A stretch of 64,000 bases of DNA from the NCBI GenBank assembly GCA_002269645.1, contig NIVC01001747.1:1-64000 (forward strand). The letters run 5' to 3'. Below the pieces are notes generated by a model that saw only the letters and a list, made by a program, of their open reading frames with translations, did no database searches and was not told the origin of the DNA. The stretch is from Macrostomum lignano (lineage: Eukaryota). This document shows positions 44,323-53,449 of this stretch, in pieces; within the stretch, counting starts at the first letter, position 1, and each line of letters starts with the position of its first letter. The position numbers were made by a program, and so were the translations under genes.

Positions 44323-46113
44323 ATGGCGCGGCGCAATCCAACGGTACACAGAGACATCAAAGAAACGGTCGGTACTTTCTCGATGGAGAAAGATTTTAAC
44401 ACATTTGTCGACCATTTTGACCTGGTATGTAGGGAGTACAACCTACAAAATCCAGAGAAGGCACAGCTGCTGCCACCTCTTCTCCAAGGTACTGCGCGAG
44501 AAATTTACGGCAAGCTGGATGCGGCAACACAGCAAAATTATCCAGCACTAATCATTCAACTGCGCGCGCATTTCAACCGTTGCGGCACAAACAGATCAGT
44601 GCTGCTGCACAAATTACATAACAGAAGGATGCAGGCAACAGAATCCTTCCTCGCCTTTGTGGACGATATCCGCCAGATAATTAAGGCACTACATCAGCCA
44701 CCGCTGCAAGCTGCAGATCAACCGCCACTGGGAGCGGCAGAATTGGCCGCCAGAGAGAGACAGAGATTGATGGATCGCGAACAAAACCTAATCTTGCACG
44801 TAATAAACAACGCACAGCCGTCACTTCGGGATAGACTTTTGCGTGAAAACATCGAAACCGAAGAAGACCTTTTGCGGTGCGGAATGCAATGGGAAGCCAG
44901 TGCCCCATTAATGACGACAGGCAACAATGAAGTGCAGAAACTGACGCAGCAATTAAACAAATTAATGCAGCACCAGACAGCTGCTATCGCCGAACAAAAA
45001 AGACGAAATGAACAAGCCTCAGCCAGATGTTACTACTGCGGACAAGAAGGACATTATCAGATTAATTGTCCTCATTGGTCAACAAGGTACGACAAGCCGC
45101 GACAGATATTCAACAATCAAAAGCCGCAGAAACCATGGCAGCAATATCAAAATCGCCAACAACAAGGCATAAGACGCTTCGGAAATGATAGACGCTTCGG
45201 AAATAATGACCGCTCCGGAAATAATGGCCGCTTCGGAAACGACGGTCGCTTCAGAAATAATGGCTACAGGCCACGCAACGTCAGGTACACACAAAGACAG
45301 CCGACGCAAGCAATGCCACGATACGCGAATGCCATCACGTACACACCGGAAAATGAACAGCAAGAACAGCAAGTGTTCACAATTGACGACTTGGAAATGG
45401 ACTTCACAGTCCCGGAAGTTGACATCAGCTTGATCGAAAAGAAGACGACGCACGAGGACAACACTGACAACACAGAAGAGGCGAATGAAACCGAAATGAT
45501 CGAATTAAAAGAGACCACCGGAGACAGCAGAGAAAACAGGAAGAAAGTAAATCAACAGAAAAGGGAGGAGGCGGAGAGCGATACCGGCAACGAAGAAAAG
45601 ATGAAGACCGGCAGAGAAAACAACTATGAATCGACAACAGTGGATGACGACAAAACAAGCACGAAAGACAAAGAAGAAGGAATGCAGGAAGAACTGAAAG
45701 CGGAGAATCTAAGCTCCGACAACAATCAAGGCTACAAAATACAATGGAAAGATGAAGAAATGGGAAAAGAACAGATGAAAGAAAAGCCGAGTTCCGACAG
45801 CGACGAATGCTACGAGATCCGATACAAACGAAATGGTGAAGCCTATATTCAAACGGTCGACTACAAGACAGAGAAAAGATACCAAACGCAATGGAGTGAA
45901 ACAACGGAAACATCGGAAGAAGCCGCAGATGAAGATACTGAAATAACCAAAAAGCAAAGCGAATCAGAAGCCTTCCGCCGGAAACGCCAATGGAACAAGA
46001 GGAAGAATACGATGCGGACGCAGAAGATAACGAATGGCAGCCGCAGCCAATGCCAGCAAAGACAACGGCAACGTTCAGAAAATGGCGATTCTGGATATTC
46101 TGGATCATCATAA
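44323..46113 (+). CDS. gag: Gag: capsid-like domain, coiled coil, CCHC zinc knuckle, RFGN repeats, long acidic linker
   Basis: FSMEKDFNTFVDHFDLVC...LLQGTAREIY capsid-like motif and CYYCGQEGHYQINC (CX2CX4HX4C). Likely ATG at 44323; the frame is open from 44155. Confidence 0.9.
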   Translation: MARRNPTVHRDIKETVGTFSMEKDFNTFVDHFDLVCREYNLQNPEKAQLLPPLLQGTAREIYGKLDAATQQNYPALIIQLRAHFNRCGTNRSVLLHKLHNRRMQATESFLAFVDDIRQIIKALHQPPLQAADQPPLGAAELAARERQRLMDREQNLILHVINNAQPSLRDRLLRENIETEEDLLRCGMQWEASAPLMTTGNNEVQKLTQQLNKLMQHQTAAIAEQKRRNEQASARCYYCGQEGHYQINCPHWSTRYDKPRQIFNNQKPQKPWQQYQNRQQQGIRRFGNDRRFGNNDRSGNNGRFGNDGRFRNNGYRPRNVRYTQRQPTQAMPRYANAITYTPENEQQEQQVFTIDDLEMDFTVPEVDISLIEKKTTHEDNTDNTEEANETEMIELKETTGDSRENRKKVNQQKREEAESDTGNEEKMKTGRENNYESTTVDDDKTSTKDKEEGMQEELKAENLSSDNNQGYKIQWKDEEMGKEQMKEKPSSDSDECYEIRYKRNGEAYIQTVDYKTEKRYQTQWSETTETSEEAADEDTEITKKQSESEAFRRKRQWNKRKNTMRTQKITNGSRSQCQQRQRQRSENGDSGYSGSS

Positions 46114-49100
46114 TACTACTGACGGCAGTAGTCACCAAAGCAACAGCAATGGAGAAACCAATGATATGTCCAACGGATGCGCATATCCAACCGATGATCT
46201 ACAAGATACCAACCGACATCAAATGCAGCTACTTCAAGACAAATCAGACGAAGCCAAAGAAGATCACAATTGATCTCTACAAAGCTAACATCAAGAAGCA
46301 TCGACAACTTGGAATCGTGTGCTTCAGAGACAAGCACCTAGTCGAAAAAATATGGCGAGGACAATGGAACAGAATCCGATTCCGACAGCATGAGCTACAT
46401 GTGTCGCACGCTGACTGCCTACGATGGAACCAGACATTGTTCTCCAAAGATGGTGTACTAGAACCTGATGAAAAGGTCGGCAACGCACAACTCTTCCGAA
46501 CAAAGAATGTGGCAAACGGTCGATATGTCCACTATAATGAAAGATGGCCTGACTACACGGCACGCAACAGCTACCTAATCAGGAATATTCCGTTCTACTA
46601 CAATCCGTACGAGAAAATGGAATCACTGCAACTGCAACTAAGTGAATGCCGATACAGCGAAGGATGGTGCCCAACGCCGATATTGCGAAATGCAGAACTC
46701 TACAGCCTACCGCTGAGTCCAACGTATCATCCAGACTATCGATGGCAGATAGTGCACAGAGCCGATCCACACTACGAAGAGCCATCAAAGTCACGACAAT
46801 ATTTCTTCGCTTGGAAGGTTGAGACGGAAATCGACTGTCAACTACAAAAGTACCACACAGTGGAAGGAGGCCTACTGTCAAACACGTTTTTGGCAAAGTC
46901 AGGAGACTTGGCACTGACGTTTCAAAAGAAACCAGTCGAGCAAAAACTGAAATGCAAGGATACAGACAAGACACTATTCATCTCGGAACAAGAGATACCA
47001 GTCTACGTAAAAGAAGACGACAAACAAACCTTTCTGGCGATCATCAACGGAACGTATCAACAGCAGGAACAACAGAACAGACGACGACGAGACATCGAAC
47101 GTCCCAAACTGGTGTCAAACCGACTACTGTCAGCAAAGATAACGGCTTTGGATCATAATCTACACAACCAGTTAAACCACTTGCATCGAACACTGGTCCA
47201 GCTAACTTGCAAAATGCACGCAATCAACTTAAATTATGCCAGACAAAACTACTATGTCAACCCTACGATGACTTTTCGTAAAATCACCGGAATGACGAAC
47301 GTTTTGGCAGTTCCAATATACGAGCATCTGTTGATATACAAGTGCACGCCGATACAGCACTTTAACATCTTGCCGTCGAACACGTCAACAACCTGCTATG
47401 ACAAGCCAAGGATTGAAGCGTTCTACGAAGGAAAACGAATTCAAGGATTCTTGGACACGGTACACAACATCATCGTTGGCACCGCAATACCGAGACCTTG
47501 CACCACGGCAGCAAACTACTATCAACTGGACAATGCACTGCACGTCATCAAAACAACTGGAACGACAGCAAACATCACAGAACCGGAAGTAATCGTCGAC
47601 GAAAACTACGACATGGAGGATTTGAAGATCCGATTCAACAGAACGAAGTATACGCCATTCGCCGATATCCAACTTGACGAGATAACACCAGGATGGACGA
47701 TCAACGACTTCTTGCAAGCGTTCATCACCCAACGCACGATGATTCACCAGCTGTTCACAAGAAAGGACAAAGGAACCGGGACAGGAAGATTTCCCGTCCT
47801 TGTTTCAATGGACAGCGCCATCAAATCATTTTGGACAAACAGCTTCTGGGAGCTGCTCAATGGAAGAGGCAGTCTCTATCAAGGATTCATCTTCTACGGT
47901 GCTTGCATTGTGTGGATTGTCACGGCAATCTTCGTCATTTCGTCGATCGTACGGTGCTTCAGTCAAACTTGTCCAAGAGCTAAGAAGACAGTGAATGCCA
48001 TAATGCAAAGAACGACAACGGAAGGCGACAACAGTTTAGAACTAACAGAAACTGCACATCGTGAGGTTCAAGGGCAACCGACACTAGCAACGCGGCTATA
48101 TCCATCGATTCCGACAACACCAACGGCACCAAGAATACAACCACCCAACTATCAAGCAGAACAGCAAGACCCAAAATGGCCAGAGAACTACGTATGTACT
48201 CTACACGCCGAAATTGACAAAGCAATGGCTCAAGTTATAATCAACAATCTACCATGTCGAGCGCTACTGGACTCCGGCAGCTCCATTACAGTTATATCAA
48301 AACAACTGTGCAACAAGCTACGACTTGCTCTACGGCCAGCAACAATCGCAGTTGCAGGAGCAGGAGGACATTCGCTAAACATTCTGGGAAAAGCCGACAT
48401 TGACTTAAGAATCGCTAATAAACAGTTGACAGTTCCAACGTACGTCATCGACAGACTCCCAAACCAGGACGTTATTGTTGGCATCGACACGTTCAAGCAG
48501 CTTAGACTACCATTGACCTTCGACTTCAATAAGCAAACGTTTAAGATCGACTCGGTAGAACAACCATTGATCAACCAGATCCGAGTACTACCAAAAGTAA
48601 CATTGCAACAAGATGTCATCATCCAACCGGAGAGCGCCTGCTGGATAAAGGCAAAGGCAACTAACGCAACGGAGGAAGCAATGATATTCGACCCAAACAG
48701 AAGAGTCACGGCTAAACACCAAATTATGATGCCTACGGCACTAGTGCTGGTGGCAAAAGATAAGCAGCTGCCAGTACAAATCTTTAACCCAAACGCGGAA
48801 ATGGTTCATCTACGACAAGGAATGTGCATCGGTCATCTTAATACTCAAGCATCAGTTATGCTGATTGAGCACGCGACTCCACGACTAACAGAAGAAGAAT
48901 TTCAAAAGAAAATCAACTTGGACGACAGCCCGATCACGGAACAACAAAAGAAGAAAGTTCGACAACTGTTGTGGAAGTACAACGAAGCCTTCTGCCATCA
49001 TGATTACGACATCGGACGCGCTAAAGACATTAAACAAGAAATCAAGCTTCTACCACACACGGAACCAATTCAGTGCAAGCCGTACCCGATTGCCAAGCAT

Positions 49101-51734
49101 CTGCAACAACACTTTGACGAAATTATCGATAAAATGCTAAAACACGGCATCATCAGCAAAGCCATTTCAGCATACTCATCACCATGTCTCTTGGTACAAA
49201 AGAAGGAGACTAACGAAAGACGACTCGTATGTGACTTCAGACTGCTGAACAAGTACATACCGACGGATCAGCAAAGCCTACCGAAGATCTCCGAACTACT
49301 AGCAAAGCTCAACACGGCAAAATTGTTCACAGTGTTCGACCTACGTCATGGATTTTGGCAAATTGAAATCGAGAAAGAGTCACGACAGTACACGGCTTTC
49401 AAAACCTACAATGGACAAGTATACGAGTACAATCGATCGCCGATGGGACTCAGCAACAGCCCAGCAACGATGAGCCGACTAACAGCATACATGCTTGCAG
49501 GATGCACGAACCTGTTGCACTATGTTGACGACATCTTAGCCTACGGAGAAGACTTCGAACGACTCTATGAAGCGACGGAGAATGCCCTCGCGCTTATCCA
49601 ACGACAAGGACTTAAGCTACAACCAACTAAATGCAAATTCTTCCGAGACAACGTGCGTTACCTGGGACATCAGGTGACAGCCAAAGGAATTTCACCGGAC
49701 CCAGACAACGTGGATAAAGTGAAAAAGTTTCCTACGCCAACTAGCAAAACGAAGGTCCAATCATTTCTTGGACTTGCGCAATACTTCCGAAAGTTCTTAC
49801 CCAACTTCGCGAAGACAGCAAAGCCGCTGTACGACCTGCTCAAGTTCGACAAATGGAAGCAGGAGAATTGGACACAAAAGCAACAAGAAAGTTTTGACGA
49901 AATCAAACGACAGCTGACATCAGACGCACTGCTACAGCATCCGGACTTCGACAAACCCTTCATCATCGAGACAGACGCCTCAGGAACGGGACTCGGAGCA
50001 GTCCTACTACAGGAAACTGAAGACAAAAAGGAACGACCTATAGCCTACGTCAGTCGAGCACTTAAACCGAATGAGACAAAATGGTCAGCTACGGAACGAG
50101 AACTACTAGGAGTTCTGTTCGCCCTACGACAGTTTCACTACTACATCTATGGATCTCCATTACAGACGATAGTACGCACAGATCACGCACCGCTGACCTA
50201 CGTCGTAACTACAAAAGGACAAACAAACAACCGACTCATCAGGATGACACTCAAGATCCAGGACTACAACTACAAACTCGTCTACAAACCAGGAATTACT
50301 AACAAGGCTGCGGACGCTCTGTCAAGAACCTACGAAGTCAACGCCATTCATCCAATTCCTAACATCAAGGAGTTGATGGATGAAACCGAGAACGACTACT
50401 TCTACCAAGCAATTAAAAACAACGACAAGGACATCAAGCTCAGCCCCGTGGAACGAAAATTCCTGCGCAAGCAGCGACAACATTTAACAATCAACAAGTC
50501 ACGACTCTACTGGATGAGTGACAACAAACCTAAAATCTACATGCCATATTCGTTTAGGCAGGCAATTCTCAACGAACTACACGACAATCCACTCGCTGGA
50601 CACCTGTCGGCAGCCAAAACCATTGCAAGAGTGGAGCAATACTACTTTTGGCCAAGCATGTACGGCGACATCAAGCAGTATTGCAACAACTGCCACTCAT
50701 GCGCAGCATCAAAGACGGGACGACGACAGAAGCCACAGCTACAGTCCATTCCGAAGTCAACAACTATGGACTGTCTCAGCATCGACATCACCGGACCACT
50801 ACCACCGAGCTGTCTCCAGGGCATCGCCTACACCTACATCCTAACCGCCTTGGATATTTTCTCGAAGTTTGCTATCGCTATACCGATCCCGGACATCACA
50901 GCTCAAACGGTGGCAATGTGTTTCTTCAACGACATTATTTGCAAGTACGGCTCACCGAAGAATCTCACGTCGGACAATGGATCACAATTTGTATCTCAAC
51001 TGTTTCAGCAAGTTGTGAAGATACTCAACATCACGCAGATCTACACGTCGACCTACAATCCGAAAGCAAACATGGTTGAACGGTTTCATCGTAATCTGCA
51101 TGAGATGATCACGCACTTCGCGCATCAACAGCCGGAAGACTGGATCATCTACCTACAATCCGTAACAATGGCCTACAACAGCGCTATTCATAGATCGACG
51201 GACAATACGCCATTCTTTCTAATGTTTGGACGAGACTTCCAACCACCAAACCTATTGGCACAGCAACTACTACCATCGCAATATGTGGAAGTCCCGACGT
51301 CCATTCAAAAGTTCGTCACGCAACTACACCTCGCATGGAAAGTAGCCAAGCACAACATCGACAATCAGGTGGCTCTAACCACCGGCACCGACACGAGATC
51401 GACAACTCTGACAGCCGGCGACATCGTCTACCTGCACTATCCGCCGCAACAAACGCACAAACACGCACAGAAATACAAAGGACCATATCGAGTGGTCCAA
51501 CTAACGTCACTGACAACGGCACGCCTGGCCAATGTGCAAGATCCTCATCAGCACCAATTCTACGTGCACATTCATCGACTAAAGAAGATCAACACTGACA
51601 CGACAACGTTTTTACCGTCACTAGACAACGCTGATCGCACGCGTTCGGCGAACCGCCACATCGCAACAAAACACGAGGAGACACAAACATCAACCGAGAA
51701 ACAGCAACACGGCTACAATCTGCGACCTCGTTAA
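45990..51734 (+). CDS. 1914-aa Env-Pol polyprotein: signal peptide, glycoprotein ectodomain, TM, late-domain tail, protease, RT, RNase H, integrase
   Basis: Signal peptide FWIFWIIIILLTAVVTKATA (~46089-46148). Furin site RRRR/D (47079-47090). TM FIFYGACIVWIVTAIFVISSIV (47886-47951). PR LLDSGS (48270). RT YVDD (49521). RNase H ETDASG..ELLG..TDH..ADALSR. IN H-H-C-C plus D(IDITG)-D(SDNG)-E(VERF). No stops. Confidence 0.95.
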   Translation: MEQEEEYDADAEDNEWQPQPMPAKTTATFRKWRFWIFWIIIILLTAVVTKATAMEKPMICPTDAHIQPMIYKIPTDIKCSYFKTNQTKPKKITIDLYKANIKKHRQLGIVCFRDKHLVEKIWRGQWNRIRFRQHELHVSHADCLRWNQTLFSKDGVLEPDEKVGNAQLFRTKNVANGRYVHYNERWPDYTARNSYLIRNIPFYYNPYEKMESLQLQLSECRYSEGWCPTPILRNAELYSLPLSPTYHPDYRWQIVHRADPHYEEPSKSRQYFFAWKVETEIDCQLQKYHTVEGGLLSNTFLAKSGDLALTFQKKPVEQKLKCKDTDKTLFISEQEIPVYVKEDDKQTFLAIINGTYQQQEQQNRRRRDIERPKLVSNRLLSAKITALDHNLHNQLNHLHRTLVQLTCKMHAINLNYARQNYYVNPTMTFRKITGMTNVLAVPIYEHLLIYKCTPIQHFNILPSNTSTTCYDKPRIEAFYEGKRIQGFLDTVHNIIVGTAIPRPCTTAANYYQLDNALHVIKTTGTTANITEPEVIVDENYDMEDLKIRFNRTKYTPFADIQLDEITPGWTINDFLQAFITQRTMIHQLFTRKDKGTGTGRFPVLVSMDSAIKSFWTNSFWELLNGRGSLYQGFIFYGACIVWIVTAIFVISSIVRCFSQTCPRAKKTVNAIMQRTTTEGDNSLELTETAHREVQGQPTLATRLYPSIPTTPTAPRIQPPNYQAEQQDPKWPENYVCTLHAEIDKAMAQVIINNLPCRALLDSGSSITVISKQLCNKLRLALRPATIAVAGAGGHSLNILGKADIDLRIANKQLTVPTYVIDRLPNQDVIVGIDTFKQLRLPLTFDFNKQTFKIDSVEQPLINQIRVLPKVTLQQDVIIQPESACWIKAKATNATEEAMIFDPNRRVTAKHQIMMPTALVLVAKDKQLPVQIFNPNAEMVHLRQGMCIGHLNTQASVMLIEHATPRLTEEEFQKKINLDDSPITEQQKKKVRQLLWKYNEAFCHHDYDIGRAKDIKQEIKLLPHTEPIQCKPYPIAKHLQQHFDEIIDKMLKHGIISKAISAYSSPCLLVQKKETNERRLVCDFRLLNKYIPTDQQSLPKISELLAKLNTAKLFTVFDLRHGFWQIEIEKESRQYTAFKTYNGQVYEYNRSPMGLSNSPATMSRLTAYMLAGCTNLLHYVDDILAYGEDFERLYEATENALALIQRQGLKLQPTKCKFFRDNVRYLGHQVTAKGISPDPDNVDKVKKFPTPTSKTKVQSFLGLAQYFRKFLPNFAKTAKPLYDLLKFDKWKQENWTQKQQESFDEIKRQLTSDALLQHPDFDKPFIIETDASGTGLGAVLLQETEDKKERPIAYVSRALKPNETKWSATERELLGVLFALRQFHYYIYGSPLQTIVRTDHAPLTYVVTTKGQTNNRLIRMTLKIQDYNYKLVYKPGITNKAADALSRTYEVNAIHPIPNIKELMDETENDYFYQAIKNNDKDIKLSPVERKFLRKQRQHLTINKSRLYWMSDNKPKIYMPYSFRQAILNELHDNPLAGHLSAAKTIARVEQYYFWPSMYGDIKQYCNNCHSCAASKTGRRQKPQLQSIPKSTTMDCLSIDITGPLPPSCLQGIAYTYILTALDIFSKFAIAIPIPDITAQTVAMCFFNDIICKYGSPKNLTSDNGSQFVSQLFQQVVKILNITQIYTSTYNPKANMVERFHRNLHEMITHFAHQQPEDWIIYLQSVTMAYNSAIHRSTDNTPFFLMFGRDFQPPNLLAQQLLPSQYVEVPTSIQKFVTQLHLAWKVAKHNIDNQVALTTGTDTRSTTLTAGDIVYLHYPPQQTHKHAQKYKGPYRVVQLTSLTTARLANVQDPHQHQFYVHIHRLKKINTDTTTFLPSLDNADRTRSANRHIATKHEETQTSTEKQQHGYNLRPR

Positions 51735-51845
51735 GTTGCGAAAACAACCCGTGTAGAGACCGGGTCAGAATAGCTCTACAGCTTCGCAAGCTTGTCGTAA
51801 GAGGCGACTAATCTGAGCGACTTCAAACTTCAAGCGACGACGACA

Positions 51846-52058
51846 ATGGGCAACGCACTGTCCAAACAGGCGCCCCAACTACAGCAACTCTACGAATGCC
51901 CAATATGTTTAACTGATGACTTGGCTGTCAAGCCACCAATTATTTGTGAAAACAGACATCGCATATGCGGACAATATTTAAGCGACTCACATTATATTCA
52001 GCTCTGGCAGAATTGCCCGATAGGTAGAAGTAGCTTTCGGCAGTGCGCCTATTGTTAG
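51846..52058 (+). CDS. Small accessory ORF (70 aa): MGNALS myristoylation motif + RING-like zinc finger
   Basis: Strong Kozak context acaATGG. CPIC-x13-CENRHRIC-GQY...CPIGR resembles a Siah/TRAF-type C3HC4 RING, with ligands 6 and 8 replaced by Tyr (TAT) and Gly (GGT), each one base from TGT. Confidence 0.6.
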   Translation: MGNALSKQAPQLQQLYECPICLTDDLAVKPPIICENRHRICGQYLSDSHYIQLWQNCPIGRSSFRQCAYC

Positions 52059-52276
52059 TCTTGGCGCACATGTCAATACTGTAACCAAAAACATTTTATT
52101 TGCATGCGTATACTTACCTTTAAATAACTTTTATAACCAACGCTCTTAACTACCCATTACTAAATACCTGTAACACTTGTGACAAATGATTATTATAAAG
52201 ACATGCTTGAACTTTTTATGCGTTTCAATCCTCTATTTAAAACTCGGGACGAGTTTTTTGTAAACATGGGAGATTT

Positions 52277-53353
52277 TGTAGAGTGTTCTACCTTTCGTAA
52301 AAAAGACATAAAAGTGTTAACGTACTACTCACACATTTTATTCAGTAGTAAGTTGAAGAGCATGAATAAAGGTATGCTTTGAATTATAAGTATATTCTGA
52401 CTAACCAATAGAAAAAGAGAGACCTTGAGCATGCTAAATTTAGAAATCACCCAATCACGTGTAACCTGTACGTGTCGAACGCAAACCCCAGGAGAGATGC
52501 ATCATTCAACCGTACGCACGTGACCCAAGCAAATGTAACTAAAAATAACTCGAATGCGATGACCAATCACGCGCTTTTACACTGAACCAATGGAGTAACT
52601 TTCTACCCTGCCAAGTTTGACAGCAGCCAAACCGTGACCTTTTTGACAGCTGAAGAGTTGGACCCACGTGACCTCATGGGGGTCCATTTGCCTATAAATA
52701 CAAGTGGTCCGGAACGGACCCGGAGCCACAATCTCCAAGGGAGAGAAGCTCCGAAGAGGAAGCTCTAGTGAAGCCTTCCTGAAGAAACTCGCGTCGTGGA
52801 CGAGTTCTTGCGGTAAGCCTTACTCATTTGCGCCCGTTGGTTGAGACGTCTCGCTCAAGTCTATTGAGACTTGAGTTTATTTGAGTCTGTTGAGACTCTT
52901 GAGTCTGTTTAGACTCCACTGGTTGCAGTCTCCAGAAGGACTGCCCCTGATAGGTCTTAGAAGACTATCAGTGGTTTCCGGAGCTATACCTAGAGTGCAG
53001 AGAGGCACTGCTAGAAGGAGTAGGCTTATATTAAAAACCGCAGTTTGGCGCAGGGATCCCCATTGTTAATTTGGAAGCTTCCGATTGGTCCGAACTACAG
53101 ATACCGGCCGGCAAGAAGTCAAGAGGACAAAGGAGATAACGGACCAGATCAACTGTTACCAGGCGCCTAAACTTCCTGAAGGACAGGAAAGTTACTGATC
53201 GCGATACTACGGACGAGGATTATTACGAGAGCTCTCATTTAAGGACTCAAAGGTAATTGAATACCTTCATTTGATTACTGGGTTGCCTAGCTACAGAGCT
53301 AGAAGTGATTGTTCCTTGATTACAGTTGAGGACTGGTAATAAGGAACACATCA
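52277..53353 (+). repeat. 3' LTR (1077 bp)
   Basis: Matches the 5' LTR and is preceded by a short purine run GGGAGA (PPT-like). Confidence 0.97.
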
Positions 53354-53395
53354 ACTGGACTGCCAACGTAGCGACCTGGGTTCGAATCTTAGTAG
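53354..53395 (+). other. Degenerate tRNA/SINE-like remnant split by the LTR insertion (other part at ~42446-42469)
   Basis: The reconstituted site GATAGCCTATATACGAACAGACTGGACTGCCAACGTAGCGACCTGGGTTCGAATCTTAG has a B-box/T-arm (CTGGG-TTCGAAT-CTTAG). Confidence 0.4.
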
Positions 53396-53449
53396 TGAAA
53401 AATATTTTTTTTATTAAAACACCTTAAATACACGAAACTGCTAAACATA

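Larger units (their letters stand above)
42470..53353 (+). mobile_element. Full-length Ty3/Gypsy LTR retroelement with env-like gene between gag and pol
   Basis: TG...CA LTRs, 4-bp TSD ACTG (42466-69 and 53354-57), TGG-initiated PBS-like site at ~43548, and PR-RT-RNH-IN order. Confidence 0.97.

Noticed and set aside
48570-48860. Active dUTPase between protease and RT
   Set aside because: The beta-rich spacer resembles the degenerate dUTPase-like linker of animal Gypsy elements, but the catalytic dUTPase motifs are not visible.
44294-51789. Many short antisense and alternate-frame ORFs inside the Gypsy element
   Set aside because: Shadow ORFs of the long coding frames, with no independent motifs.
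52179-52382. 67-aa ORF at the 3' LTR boundary
   Set aside because: GTG start, straddles the PPT/LTR junction, AT-rich and with no recognisable motif.
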